DNA from: a virus
Taxonomy: Duplodnaviria > Caudoviricetes
DNA: 64,000 nt
Direction: 5' to 3' (one strand)
Virus record (IMG/VR): IMGVR_UViG_2974626280_000001
Location: 9,169-73,168 of that record
Positions 48,590 through 58,538 of the stretch are shown here, one piece after another; within the stretch, counting starts at the first letter, position 1, and each line of letters starts with the position of its first letter. The notes under the pieces were generated by a model. It was not told the DNA's origin and did no database searches. It was given only the letters and a program-made list of their open reading frames with translations. The position numbers and the translations under genes are program-made.

Positions 48590-48796
48590 ATGGGCAAGAA
48601 GAAAGTTAAAGTTATGTTTGATGGTAAGCTGTTAAAGGGTCACGCAGGCCACGATCAAGTTGAGAAGGCAAAGAACATGCGCACCTCAACGCTCGCTCAA
48701 TATATCCGCTTCGGCATCGTGCAGTCAGCCGATAACGCGCTAGTGCAGCGTAAAATCGAAGAATTCAAAATCCGTCAAAATAATTCTAAAAAGTGA
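48590..48796 (+). CDS. Small basic hypothetical protein
   Basis: RBS AAGGA; first gene of the rightward block. Confidence 0.6.
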   Translation: MGKKKVKVMFDGKLLKGHAGHDQVEKAKNMRTSTLAQYIRFGIVQSADNALVQRKIEEFKIRQNNSKK

Positions 48797-48797
48797 C

Positions 48798-48826
48798 TTT
48801 ACTTTGACGCATGGACGCGTTATAGT
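48798..48826 (+). promoter_or_regulatory. sigma70-like promoter (TTTACT class)
   Basis: TTTACT-17-TATAGT. Confidence 0.7.
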
Positions 48827-48861
48827 GAATCTATCAACTACTGACTCACAAGGAGAGTCAA

Positions 48862-49185
48862 ATGAGCGATCAATCAAGAGCAGGACTAGTTCGTCATGAG
48901 GGCGGCTGGAATGGTGGACGCTTCGTGCCGGAGCTAAAAGATGGCGACCAGGTTTTCATCTACGTCTTCGGAGAGCACTGTGACACCGAGATTAAAGCGA
49001 AGTTGCGCAGGGTAGAGATACACGGCAAAGACTTTGATCATGGTCACGAATACGCCTGGACCAACGAAGATTTCATGGTCGAGGTTGAAGGCGACTTATT
49101 CAACCGCCAAACCTCACTCATTGGCCTATTGCGTAATCCAGTACAATCCAACGTCAAATTTGTTATTCTGGACAATAATCCATGA
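48862..49185 (+). CDS. Hypothetical protein
   Basis: RBS AAGGAG; overlaps the primase start. Confidence 0.7.
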   Translation: MSDQSRAGLVRHEGGWNGGRFVPELKDGDQVFIYVFGEHCDTEIKAKLRRVEIHGKDFDHGHEYAWTNEDFMVEVEGDLFNRQTSLIGLLRNPVQSNVKFVILDNNP

Positions 49186-50258
49186 GCCTACGCGAAGAAG
49201 CCGAAAAGGCAGAGAAATTCCTAAGCGAACTCACCAAGTTCATCCCTGAAGACCAGCGCGCCATGGTCGTGTACGCTGATGAAGCGACCGTGCAGTTTGA
49301 CGCGAACGGTAAGAAGATTAACAGCGTCTTCTGGCCTAAGCCGTGGAAGTTGGGCAAGCCGATTATGCAACAGCAAAACTGCTACGTCTGTATCTCTTCC
49401 ATGGAGAAGACGCCTAACCCAAAAACGGGTGAGATGCGTTTCTGGCGTACTGAGTCAGCATTCGGTTGCGGCATGGCAATGATGGTCGATGACATCGGAA
49501 CGGGTAAAGGCTCCAAAGGTGAACTACCGCTGGAATCCTTTTACAACCGACTGCCGCCGACTGTCACCGTTGAAACGTCGCCGGACAACTACCAATTATG
49601 GTATTTCTTTACTGAGCCTTGCTACAACCTGCTTGAATTCAAAGCGTACCTGGCATCATTCGTTGCGCAGATACTCCAGAAGGGCGGCGATAACACCATC
49701 AAGGACGTCACGCGCGTTGGCCGTATGCCATGCGGAGTCAACAACAAGCGTAACTCCGATAATACCTACAAGTACGTGGGCGACGATGGCAAGCTGTGGC
49801 GCGTACGCATCCACGATGCGGATTATAGCCGTCGCTACTCTATGGAGGAGATTCGGCAGGCGTTCGGCTTTACCATGGTGCTGCCGCAAAAGCGCGAAAT
49901 CGAGATTGACGAGGAGCAATATAAGCTTGATGCGGTATGGCTTAAGATTGCTCAGCGCGTAATGACGCAGGCTAAGATGGGAGAGGGCGCTGGCGGTGAA
50001 GCGGTCGAGAATATGTCTGGTAAGATTCGTTGTAAGTGCCCATGGGGTCATGAGCATTCGAACGGCGACCCTTACGGCGCATACTTCCGTGGGCCTATCG
50101 CAGGCGCTGAACATGAATTCGTTTTCGGTTGCGCGCACGACTGCCACCGTAAAGGCGAAGGCAAGAAGGGCTGGACGGCATTTGTTGAAGAAGTCGTGAT
50201 GCCGTATATCGAAAATAATCTGGATGCGATTAATCGCAAAGCGAGCGGATTCAAATGA
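49182..50258 (+). CDS. RepB-type (AEP) DNA primase with C-terminal Zn-binding domain
   Basis: MVDDIG, VETSPDNYQLWYFF, RVGRMPCGVN; CPWGHEH...CAHDCH. Confidence 0.8.
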   Translation: MSLREEAEKAEKFLSELTKFIPEDQRAMVVYADEATVQFDANGKKINSVFWPKPWKLGKPIMQQQNCYVCISSMEKTPNPKTGEMRFWRTESAFGCGMAMMVDDIGTGKGSKGELPLESFYNRLPPTVTVETSPDNYQLWYFFTEPCYNLLEFKAYLASFVAQILQKGGDNTIKDVTRVGRMPCGVNNKRNSDNTYKYVGDDGKLWRVRIHDADYSRRYSMEEIRQAFGFTMVLPQKREIEIDEEQYKLDAVWLKIAQRVMTQAKMGEGAGGEAVENMSGKIRCKCPWGHEHSNGDPYGAYFRGPIAGAEHEFVFGCAHDCHRKGEGKKGWTAFVEEVVMPYIENNLDAINRKASGFK

Positions 50259-50788
50259 GCAAAGATATCAGCGTTTTCAGAGACAGAATCGTATCAGCGC
50301 TTTTCGACTGGCGCAAGGGCTACGACAAGGCAACTGAAGAGCACATCCTTCAGGCCAGCAACCAGTTTGGCCACTTCATGATTCTTTGGCGCGATGGCCT
50401 CGAAGAATACACCGTCGTCTTTAATAACGACATCACTGGCGGCGACACTCTCGACTCTCTGGAAGAGGCAAAAGAATTCGCGCTGGCGACCGTGCGCGGA
50501 GTCCTTGTGCGTGACCTTATGATGCTTTCCATCCTGGGCGTTCATGAGGGTGAAGAGGCCGCGAAAGGTAAGTGGAATACAAAGCAGCTTAAATCATTCG
50601 TCGCTGACCAGCACCTGAATGCGTACAACCCTTTCAAGGAAGAGCAGCTGGAAGACTTCGTATCATATATTGAAGACGGCGAGTCATACAACGGTCACTG
50701 CGACTGCGAAAGCTGCCAGGATTTATTCAGCAGCGGCGAAGAAGAAAGCGCCGTTGAAGAAGACACTGCACCTCGCGTGCTCCACTAA
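50255..50788 (+). CDS. Hypothetical protein
   Basis: ATGA-coupled ORF. Confidence 0.65.
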   Translation: MSKDISVFRDRIVSALFDWRKGYDKATEEHILQASNQFGHFMILWRDGLEEYTVVFNNDITGGDTLDSLEEAKEFALATVRGVLVRDLMMLSILGVHEGEEAAKGKWNTKQLKSFVADQHLNAYNPFKEEQLEDFVSYIEDGESYNGHCDCESCQDLFSSGEEESAVEEDTAPRVLH

Positions 50789-50799
50789 TAGGTATCGCC

Positions 50800-51216
50800 A
50801 TGAAACAAAATAAAGTTTTAATCAGTGTTACGTTATACGAAACGCCTGAGCGCCACACGCACGACTCCGGTGCCGTCACCGTCCAACAGGATTTCGAGTT
50901 GCCTGTTGCCGCGCCCGGTGATGCAGGCTTCGGTCAGATTTCGACTGCCCTGCGTGGCTTTGAGCGCCACCTCTTTAAGCAGCTGGAGCAGCTTGGGGTC
51001 ATCGCTGTTGAGTCCGATAAGGTCGCGCAGGAAGTGACTAAGGAAGTCGCCAGCGCTATCGACCCTGACCCACAGAGTGTGATCACTTGCCCTAAGTGCC
51101 GTGGACAGGGATGGGTTCATTCCGAACCGCCTTTGTCGACCGATTCATTCGGCAACATTGAATGGAGCAAGGTTGAGTGCGACAATTGCGGCGGCTTCGG
51201 CAAGGTCGGCGTATGA
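50800..51216 (+). CDS. Hypothetical protein with DnaJ-type zinc finger
   Basis: CPKCRGQG...CDNCGGFG. Confidence 0.65.
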   Translation: MKQNKVLISVTLYETPERHTHDSGAVTVQQDFELPVAAPGDAGFGQISTALRGFERHLFKQLEQLGVIAVESDKVAQEVTKEVASAIDPDPQSVITCPKCRGQGWVHSEPPLSTDSFGNIEWSKVECDNCGGFGKVGV

Positions 51217-51437
51217 AAAAGAAAAAGACGTACATGAGCGCTGACGAGCTTGTCCGTGATTTAGGCGACGGCAAGCGCTTTGAACTCGCAAGCGTGCTGC
51301 ACGAATTTCGATCAGAATCGTACAGCGCATTTGAATTAAAAGAGTCGATTTCACGTGCGATTGGCGTTAAACTAACTACCAGTTGCGCAAACGACTTGCG
51401 CCACAAATACAACAAGATTTATAAGGGGAAGCAATGA
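51213..51437 (+). CDS. Hypothetical protein
   Basis: ATGA overlap; start moved to MKKKKTY. Confidence 0.6.
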   Translation: MKKKKTYMSADELVRDLGDGKRFELASVLHEFRSESYSAFELKESISRAIGVKLTTSCANDLRHKYNKIYKGKQ

Positions 51438-51736
51438 AGAATTTAGAGCGTCAAATGCTGGAGCATAACCCGGCGCTGCAAGACCAGCTGGTAAACGAGC
51501 TTATGGAAACTATCATGCGCCATAAGTACAACATCAACGTGGCTGACGTCCACACGGCCCTGCTCCGCGTACAGACTACGGTCTGCGCTCAGAGCGGTAC
51601 GAACCAGCACAGCGCTGAGTTCGGCTTTGGGATGGTCGGTCAAGAGCCTATTCCAACCATCGCGGAGTTCATCTGCTATGATAAAACGCAGGACGTACAA
51701 AAACCTGGGGAAGTGCCCAGCGTGTCAGACGAATAG
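51434..51736 (+). CDS. Hypothetical protein
   Basis: ATGA overlap with the previous gene. Confidence 0.6.
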   Translation: MKNLERQMLEHNPALQDQLVNELMETIMRHKYNINVADVHTALLRVQTTVCAQSGTNQHSAEFGFGMVGQEPIPTIAEFICYDKTQDVQKPGEVPSVSDE

Positions 51737-51881
51737 CGTATATGTCTATTCAAACGGGCCAACAGGTTACTTCAGCGAAGGTGACGAGTGCATCTGCGAG
51801 TACTGCGGGCATGACGGCGAAATGGTCGAAAAGTACGACCAGAAAGAGCCTTGCTGTGAAATTAAGTGGGAGCCTGTTTAA
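51678..51881 (+). CDS. Zinc-ribbon hypothetical protein
   Basis: CPAC...CEYC; start uncertain. Confidence 0.55.
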   Translation: MIKRRTYKNLGKCPACQTNSVYVYSNGPTGYFSEGDECICEYCGHDGEMVEKYDQKEPCCEIKWEPV

Positions 51882-52135
51882 TGGCTAAATTACGCTTTAA
51901 GTTGAGAAAAGCCGCGCTGGTAGAGGTTGGCGACTTCATCCTGATCAAAGGTGATGATAACAAAGTTCGTCCGGTTAGCGTTTCGAGAAAGTACGCCCGA
52001 ATCGACACTCTTCGCGGTGAATACCACGTTGTCGTTGTTCTGGGTTGTAGCGACCAAAGATTGTATGAATCTCTGCACGACTGCACTGTCTGGTCAAGCC
52101 AGCCAATATTGCGCGGCAGAGGCTTAGGCTCCTGA
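51881..52135 (+). CDS. Hypothetical protein
   Basis: TAATG coupling; MAKLRFK start. Confidence 0.6.
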   Translation: MAKLRFKLRKAALVEVGDFILIKGDDNKVRPVSVSRKYARIDTLRGEYHVVVVLGCSDQRLYESLHDCTVWSSQPILRGRGLGS

Positions 52136-52335
52136 TCAACAGTAAAGTTATACCAGGAGAAGGTAAAGAATTATTTATTGTTCGTTGCCTTCTCCTCACT
52201 TCAGGCGTTATCATATTCACTACAGACAGCGGCTTTTGATGTGGAGTACATCTAGCCCGGTTCTGGGTTTTGTTTAACGTCGTTAATCGGAATAATCCGA
52301 CAAAGTGGCGGTATAACCAAAGTACAGAGGTGATT

Positions 52336-52635
52336 ATGAATATTGGCATCTTATATGGTAGAGATATCAATGAAGAATCTGAAGACGCAGAAGTGGCGGC
52401 AAGTGTCTATGATGCTGATCAAGTGCTCTTTGTGGACGAGATTACGCTTGAGACTCTTGCGGGCGTCAAGTCCGAAACAGGTTGCAAGACAGAGACTGTT
52501 CTTGTGGTTACTAATGATGATCTGTCTGATATGGGTCTGCTCCGCCGCCTGTATGCAGGATGTCTTCAACTTGCATTCGTTCAGTCTGTGAGCAATCTTC
52601 GCGCTAACTACCGCGATATGTATCAGATTAATTAA
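52336..52635 (+). CDS. Acidic hypothetical protein
   Basis: RBS GAGGTG; start moved to MNIGIL. Confidence 0.65.
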   Translation: MNIGILYGRDINEESEDAEVAASVYDADQVLFVDEITLETLAGVKSETGCKTETVLVVTNDDLSDMGLLRRLYAGCLQLAFVQSVSNLRANYRDMYQIN

Positions 52636-52807
52636 CACGCTTCGTATAAAAATTGATTTACTTTTTGTGGTGAATTAATTAATAATACTCAAATGCCAGT
52701 AATAACGCTGGCATTTTATTACCTCAGTGTACAGGAATAAAAAATGGCTTCATCATTATTCCAAAAAGAATGGGGCGTGTCCAATGTCGATTGAGGAAGG
52801 CCACCCA

Positions 52808-54508
52808 ATGTCAGATAAAGACCCAAACAAAAATCACTATCCTGACGATGATGATCAGGATATGTTTTCACCCGGAAACGTCCAAGACGCAGGTGAGAGC
52901 GAAGAAGCAAAGGAAGCTGAGTCACAAGCTAAGCAGACAACGTTAAACCTTCAACATCGTCGCGCCGATATCGATGCAGTACGCATGGAGTGCTACGGTG
53001 AACAAGACCTCGTTAAGAGAGCGCAAAAGCTCCAGTCTGTTGGCGGCATCAAATACGTTCACTTTAAGCCAGCACCAGGCGACTTAGGCAAGATGGGTAT
53101 GACCGTGGCTAAAGCCGAATCGGAGTTGAACCGCCTCGCGGCGTTTGATGCCTTGTTCGATTTCGGGTCCGGTATCGTGCCATATCCTCACAGGGACACA
53201 TTTAGAGGGCGTCTTGTCGACCACCATGGAGAAGTCCTTACCCAGAAGACGTCACAGCAGGTAGACGTTATTCAGGCCATCAACGCCGCAGGGTTAGAGA
53301 ATCCGACAGCGCGTGGAGTAGGCGAGTCAATGATGATTTGGGCTGGTCAACATAAGCGCGACGGGTTGTTGTTTAACTTTGAGCGTAACATGAAGGAATG
53401 GGACGGCGTCGAAAGGCTGGAAAATACTCTGATAGAGTTATTCAAGCCGAAGCCAAGCGCCCTGACGCAGCTCGTTGGTAAATACTTCTGGTTGAGCCTC
53501 TACAACCGTATCACCAACCCAGGCTGTCCGGCTCCAACCTCTATTGCGTTAATCGGTACGCAGGGCGCGGGTAAGACACAATTCTCTCGCATCCTCTGTG
53601 AAACATTGATGGATGATTCTAACGTCGCGCCTATCCCTCTGGATTGGTCGATGAAAGACTTCAACAAGTTCCTGCGAGCGATTACGGGCCAGTCAATCAT
53701 CGCCAACGTCGCGGAAATGGGCGGCTTGAAGAAGGTTGACATCGAGCGTATGAAAGACTTCGCAACGCGCGACAAAGATGAACTGGACTTCAAGTTTGAA
53801 GACACGCTTATCAAGAAGCGCCAATGGATTATCATTACAGATGGTAACTCATACGAAGGTCTTCAGCGTGATGAGACGGGCAACCGCCGTTTCTATCCGA
53901 TATTTGTCGGTCAGAAAGATGATGAAAACGGACAGCCCGCGTGGGAAGAAAACTTTGAAGTCGATTACACCGGGTTCCGCGAAAAGGTCTGGCAGATTAT
54001 GGCTGAGTGCCGCGCGTGGATGGCGGAGCACGGCCAGAACGGCTATATCAAGTTAGTGGTTGACGTTCAGCGCGGCGTTCAGAACTTCTCACGCAGCGAG
54101 ATGGAGAACGACCGTGGTACGATTAAGGACATGGAGTTTGACGCTATCATGCGTGAGATTCTGTCGACCGCTCCTTATGAAAGGTCCGCGAAAAACGGTT
54201 GGATGGTATCTATCAAACATATCAACGGTCAACTGAACAGCTACAAGCTGCCTAAGTATAACAGCGTGATCAAGTCATTCATGGCCCGCTTCAAGTACGA
54301 ACCTGGGCAGATGGCGATTGGTAAAGGTTACTTCATGAAGCAGGAGCTTATGGATGGAACGCCTGAGACAGAGCTGTTACCGTTACTGGTAGACAGGTTC
54401 TGGTACAAAGGTGATGAACTTACCATTGAAGAGCGCTGCGAAGCTTTAAAAGAGCAACGTAGAAAAGTCGAACTTGAGAGAAGCCAATACGGCGGAGAAG
54501 CATTCTAA
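52808..54508 (+). CDS. VapE-family (virulence-associated E) replicative helicase
   Basis: Walker A GTQGAGKT, ANVAE, LQRDETGNRRFYPI; RBS GAGGAAGG before ATG 52808. Confidence 0.85.
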   Translation: MSDKDPNKNHYPDDDDQDMFSPGNVQDAGESEEAKEAESQAKQTTLNLQHRRADIDAVRMECYGEQDLVKRAQKLQSVGGIKYVHFKPAPGDLGKMGMTVAKAESELNRLAAFDALFDFGSGIVPYPHRDTFRGRLVDHHGEVLTQKTSQQVDVIQAINAAGLENPTARGVGESMMIWAGQHKRDGLLFNFERNMKEWDGVERLENTLIELFKPKPSALTQLVGKYFWLSLYNRITNPGCPAPTSIALIGTQGAGKTQFSRILCETLMDDSNVAPIPLDWSMKDFNKFLRAITGQSIIANVAEMGGLKKVDIERMKDFATRDKDELDFKFEDTLIKKRQWIIITDGNSYEGLQRDETGNRRFYPIFVGQKDDENGQPAWEENFEVDYTGFREKVWQIMAECRAWMAEHGQNGYIKLVVDVQRGVQNFSRSEMENDRGTIKDMEFDAIMREILSTAPYERSAKNGWMVSIKHINGQLNSYKLPKYNSVIKSFMARFKYEPGQMAIGKGYFMKQELMDGTPETELLPLLVDRFWYKGDELTIEERCEALKEQRRKVELERSQYGGEAF

Positions 54509-55182
54509 TGAACGAACAACGTAAAGAGTTTTTATCTGAGCTGGCCGCGCGTCTCTCTGACATCTATGCGGCGTCAAGCCCTAAGCCGTCAATGCAGACC
54601 GCTGCTAAGCTGGTGCGCTCCACCCTCGCTAAGTTCGACATCGTCGACGAAGTGAGTATCATCACGCGCAAGCTGAAAGACGGCGGCAACATCTCTATTG
54701 TCAAGGTCGGTAATCATATCATCGACATCACATCAGAGCAGTCCTTCAGCGAAACGGAGCTTGATCACCCGCTCTTCAATTCATTCCGTGGGCGCGGTCG
54801 TGACCCTATCGACCGTGATAAGGAAGAGGGCGAATCAAGCCCGCTCAACGTCGCCGCCGTAATCCGTGCGATGATGTCAACGCCAAAGATGGCGAAGCTG
54901 GCAGGGCCGGACGAAGAAATGGTGTTTCACATGAAACTCAAGGACTTACGCTTCATCCTTAAACGCCTGGGCATCATCTCCTCATATGAGGACATTAAAT
55001 CTTTCCTGTCGCATCACATGGCAGAGGATTTATCGGCGGACCTCATCGTAAACGGTGTTAAGGTAGTCGAGCTTAAGACGGGCCGGACCACCAGCAACTG
55101 GATGCAGGAGCGGCTGACGGTAGCGGAGCTTATCGAAGAGCTGTTTAAAAAGTACGTCAAAAAAACTCAGGCGACTGGATAA
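54508..55182 (+). CDS. Hypothetical protein
   Basis: TAATG-coupled to the helicase. Confidence 0.7.
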   Translation: MNEQRKEFLSELAARLSDIYAASSPKPSMQTAAKLVRSTLAKFDIVDEVSIITRKLKDGGNISIVKVGNHIIDITSEQSFSETELDHPLFNSFRGRGRDPIDRDKEEGESSPLNVAAVIRAMMSTPKMAKLAGPDEEMVFHMKLKDLRFILKRLGIISSYEDIKSFLSHHMAEDLSADLIVNGVKVVELKTGRTTSNWMQERLTVAELIEELFKKYVKKTQATG

Positions 55183-55212
55183 TAATTGTTGCCTTATTCT
55201 GAGGATTGCATT

Positions 55213-55446
55213 ATGATTAATTTCAATAAGCAAACAGTTGAGCGGGCGTTAGACGCTCTGAACATCTACTATATCCGGGCACGCAACCAGCAGTTCATGA
55301 ACTTTGTGTTTGGTCGCTTTAAGCGTAATCCAAATACTCTAAGACTCAAGACCGCTGGCATTGTGTGGCACGACCGGATTCTAAACGGACGCGCAAACAA
55401 TGAATCTGAGCAACAGTTACGTAAAGGAAAATCACCCGGCTCTTAA
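55213..55446 (+). CDS. Hypothetical protein
   Basis: RBS GAGGA; shares the LRxKT...HDR motif with the next ORF. Confidence 0.6.
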   Translation: MINFNKQTVERALDALNIYYIRARNQQFMNFVFGRFKRNPNTLRLKTAGIVWHDRILNGRANNESEQQLRKGKSPGS

Positions 55447-55681
55447 CGAGCCGAAGATTGCAGAGGCCATCCCTTCCAAGCACCACCTGCGCATCCAACT
55501 CTGTGCACAGCGATATATCAACCTTCTGCTGTGCACGCTCTACCCTCTCAAGAACGTTGAGCACCCGGATAACGGCGACGTCTTCCGTCACGAAAACCTG
55601 CGCCGTAAAACGAATGCCCTTGTCATGCACGACCGCGTGTTGACTAACCGCGTCGAAATCGACGTAAGGAAATGGTTATGA
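55400..55681 (+). CDS. Hypothetical protein
   Basis: Partial paralogue of the previous ORF. Confidence 0.55.
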   Translation: MNLSNSYVKENHPALNEPKIAEAIPSKHHLRIQLCAQRYINLLLCTLYPLKNVEHPDNGDVFRHENLRRKTNALVMHDRVLTNRVEIDVRKWL

Positions 55682-55902
55682 CAGAAGAAGATAGAGTGCT
55701 ACTTGATTTCAGGAGTTGCGCCACTTCTATTGGTAACACTCTCGAATGCCCGCACTTGACCCTTTCAAGAGTCAATAACGTGCGTAAACATCTGGTAAGG
55801 CACGAAGCGGTGAAGGATGCCGCGCCATACATGAACTACCTGCTTCACGTTCTTACCTGCGAGGCGTACCGGAAGAGAGGAATAAAGTATTATGGCTGCT
55901 AA
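55672..55902 (+). CDS. Hypothetical protein
   Basis: Overlapping chain of small ORFs. Confidence 0.55.
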   Translation: MVMTEEDRVLLDFRSCATSIGNTLECPHLTLSRVNNVRKHLVRHEAVKDAAPYMNYLLHVLTCEAYRKRGIKYYGC

Positions 55903-56119
55903 ACGTCGGTTCCGCCTCATGCGCATCGGCAACATCTTACCGGGTACGCGCTTTTGGTTCGTCTACGGTAAGAAGCGGCCTGGCACGCTAATCTGGCTGA
56001 ACAAAAAGAATGTGGCCTGTTATCACATCGGTCACAGCTTCAACGTAAAGGCGCGTCGGTTCACTATCGGCGCATGGTGCCAAGTATGGGTGGAGATTCC
56101 TGATTATGAAAAACATTAA
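55892..56119 (+). CDS. Hypothetical basic protein
   Basis: RBS GAGG; overlapping chain. Confidence 0.55.
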   Translation: MAAKRRFRLMRIGNILPGTRFWFVYGKKRPGTLIWLNKKNVACYHIGHSFNVKARRFTIGAWCQVWVEIPDYEKH

Positions 56120-56279
56120 AAGAGAGTTCTGGATTGCTATGTTATTTCTGCTCAAGCCAATCCAGGTAATCGCGCTCAACAAGCGCTGCCCTAAATGGAT
56201 GAACAAGCTGGCGCTGCGTATCACCATCAGGTCGCTGCGTAACCTTGCTCAAACATTCGGTGGGAGGATGGACGCATGA
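56106..56279 (+). CDS. Hypothetical protein (57 aa)
   Basis: Manual translation MKNIKREFWIAMLFLLKPIQ...GGRMDA; fills the gap and is ATGA-coupled to the next gene. Confidence 0.55.
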   Translation: MKNIKREFWIAMLFLLKPIQVIALNKRCPKWMNKLALRITIRSLRNLAQTFGGRMDA

Positions 56280-56458
56280 AGCGAATCCTCGAAACAATCG
56301 AGATGGTGCTGCAACTCCTTCTCCTCGTCCTCTGCTTTCAACTCTTTCTCGCTGAAGCAGGTCTGGAAGTGAATCTGACCATTGGCCCAGCGGTTCAACA
56401 GGAAGTGCCGCGCTCTATGATCATCATCCCGCAGGGCCGTGAGGAGACGTTGATATGA
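56276..56458 (+). CDS. Small membrane protein
   Basis: Hydrophobic N-terminal helix; ATGA overlaps on both sides. Confidence 0.6.
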   Translation: MKRILETIEMVLQLLLLVLCFQLFLAEAGLEVNLTIGPAVQQEVPRSMIIIPQGREETLI

Positions 56459-56865
56459 ACGCCTATCAAAGCAAACTCTGGAAGAAGGTTGCGGACTTCC
56501 TTGCCAGCGGCGCTAAGTATATGTATATGACGCGCAAGCAGGTCGAGGGTTTAACAACCCTGAACGCTGACGAAATCTTGCGTCTCAAAGGTGAGTCGAA
56601 AACTTTAGACCAGATTCTGAAAGAAGTGGTTGACCTTCGCGCACTTTCCGACTATACTGCTAAAGAGTTGAGAAAGGCAAAGATGCAAGCTTCTTTCGCG
56701 CTGGAAGACCGCGACGAGTACGTAAGGAAAGAAACACGGTCACTTAACGAGGCGCTTCAGGGGCTTCAATCCTTAGTTGAACACGAAAGGTTGGCGACGG
56801 CAAGAGAGCGTAAAAAGAATGAAGCTCACCTGCGGCGAATCAAAGAACTGGAGAGTAAGAAATGA
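56455..56865 (+). CDS. Coiled-coil hypothetical protein
   Basis: ATGA-coupled ORF. Confidence 0.65.
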   Translation: MNAYQSKLWKKVADFLASGAKYMYMTRKQVEGLTTLNADEILRLKGESKTLDQILKEVVDLRALSDYTAKELRKAKMQASFALEDRDEYVRKETRSLNEALQGLQSLVEHERLATARERKKNEAHLRRIKELESKK

Positions 56866-57305
56866 AAGAATTTGAAGGCATTCCGGTCGGCAAGCAGACA
56901 GAAAGCTGGTCCGAGCTTACGCCTGAGCAGCTCGCTAAGAGTATTGGCGAAGTAATCAGCACGGTCCGCACCTCAACCGAACTCGTCGCAGAGCACCGTC
57001 GCAAGGTGGAGAGCGCGTTAGAGCTGGAGCTTATCTGCGCAGTGGGTCGCTTCTATAACGTGCCGAAAGGCGCGACGCTGGCTGAGTACCCGTTTGGGCG
57101 CGTCCAGTATCAGGTTGGGCCGGACTTCCGTCAGGTCGTCGACTACAAGAGCGGGCAGATAATCGCCAAGGCGGTTTGCCAACACTTCTGGGAGACGGCG
57201 GCATCTATCTATCTTCCCTGGGAAGAGATGAAAGATAAATGGTCGATTCGCTACGTGTTCGAATCTTTCGACAATGCCCACTCCAACCCTCTGGTGATAT
57301 TATGA
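56862..57305 (+). CDS. Hypothetical protein
   Basis: ATGA-coupled ORF. Confidence 0.65.
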   Translation: MKEFEGIPVGKQTESWSELTPEQLAKSIGEVISTVRTSTELVAEHRRKVESALELELICAVGRFYNVPKGATLAEYPFGRVQYQVGPDFRQVVDYKSGQIIAKAVCQHFWETAASIYLPWEEMKDKWSIRYVFESFDNAHSNPLVIL

Positions 57306-57769
57306 ACCACGTATTCGCTACGGCGGAAGCAAAGAAGTATTATGAAGAGCTTCAGGATGCGCGTAAAGAGATAAGCGAAGCTTTGTCTAAGGGTGAGATC
57401 AACTGGAGTTCTTACAGCCAATTCCTTGGTCACCTGATCAAGCTGGAGCGCGAAATGAACCACGGCCTGCCGGACGGCGCTCAAATCGTTCTCACAGCTC
57501 CGTTGGACGGTCGACTTCCCGGAGAAATCTTCACCGTAAACCACGACCGCCACCCCGATACGGTATGGGTGAATACGGCTAACGGTAAAGGCTCCGTGCT
57601 GCCCAGAGAACACGTCAGGTTGGCTACGTTCGCTGACGAAGGTTACAAGGCGACCAGCCGCGAATGGATTAAATACTCAAATCGTCCGTCACGCAAAAGA
57701 TATTTCTTTTTGCTTTTCGTCACGGTATACTTATTCATCACTTGCGTAATGATGAGCAACCTCTCATAA
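57302..57769 (+). CDS. Hypothetical protein with C-terminal transmembrane helix
   Basis: Start moved to MNHVFAT (ATGA overlap). Confidence 0.65.
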   Translation: MNHVFATAEAKKYYEELQDARKEISEALSKGEINWSSYSQFLGHLIKLEREMNHGLPDGAQIVLTAPLDGRLPGEIFTVNHDRHPDTVWVNTANGKGSVLPREHVRLATFADEGYKATSREWIKYSNRPSRKRYFFLLFVTVYLFITCVMMSNLS

Positions 57770-57779
57770 GGATAATAGT

Positions 57780-58538
57780 ATGACACAAGTTAGCGATATG
57801 TACGACCGTGCACGCCAAGCGGAATACGAATGCGGACTTCTGCGCGTTGAGGTAAACCAGCTGGCGTCAAGGCTCGAAGCGGCTGAACAAGAGCACAAGA
57901 AGAAGGTGCTCGATACGCTGGCGCGCCACGATGAAGAGCGCGTCCGTTGGGCGAATGATATGCAACTGCTTCGTGAGCGCTTAGCAGGTGTTGAGCGCAA
58001 CTTCCACTTTGCGGTTGCTGAACTGGGTGTTAGCGTCGAAGACTTCCACAAGCGCTATGGTATGAGCGCTAAGCTGCATCAAGCCCAGCACGTTGCGCTC
58101 TTCGGGTTGAGCGGCCTTCAAGACTGGGCCACCAAGCGCGCAACCGGGCAGTCCGAAGAAGCGCCAAACGACGAGCAAGCGAAGAACTGGCAAAAAGGCG
58201 CGGTCCGTCGTATGTTCCTGCCAGTTATCAATGCGGTCCATGCCACGGGCGCTAAGCCCCCAAGCCTCGGATGGCACGACCATCGCCCACGCTACCGCGC
58301 AAAACGCGCCGATGAGCTGAAGGTGCTTGAGCGCTACACAGTCTGGGTCATTGGAAGCGACGGCAAAGAGCGGGAAGAAGAGCGCGAAATCATCGGCATC
58401 AATAAGGAATTCAGGAGCAAAGGAGGGCGCGAAGCGATCACGGTCGTTAAAGTGTATCACAAAGTCGCTGAAGGAGAAAGAGGGTCGCACACTAATCTTT
58501 TCTACCCAGAGACACTGTTATGGGTTCGCGTCAAGTAA
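57780..58538 (+). CDS. Hypothetical protein (N-terminal coiled coil)
   Basis: RBS TAAGGA. Confidence 0.7.
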   Translation: MTQVSDMYDRARQAEYECGLLRVEVNQLASRLEAAEQEHKKKVLDTLARHDEERVRWANDMQLLRERLAGVERNFHFAVAELGVSVEDFHKRYGMSAKLHQAQHVALFGLSGLQDWATKRATGQSEEAPNDEQAKNWQKGAVRRMFLPVINAVHATGAKPPSLGWHDHRPRYRAKRADELKVLERYTVWVIGSDGKEREEEREIIGINKEFRSKGGREAITVVKVYHKVAEGERGSHTNLFYPETLLWVRVK

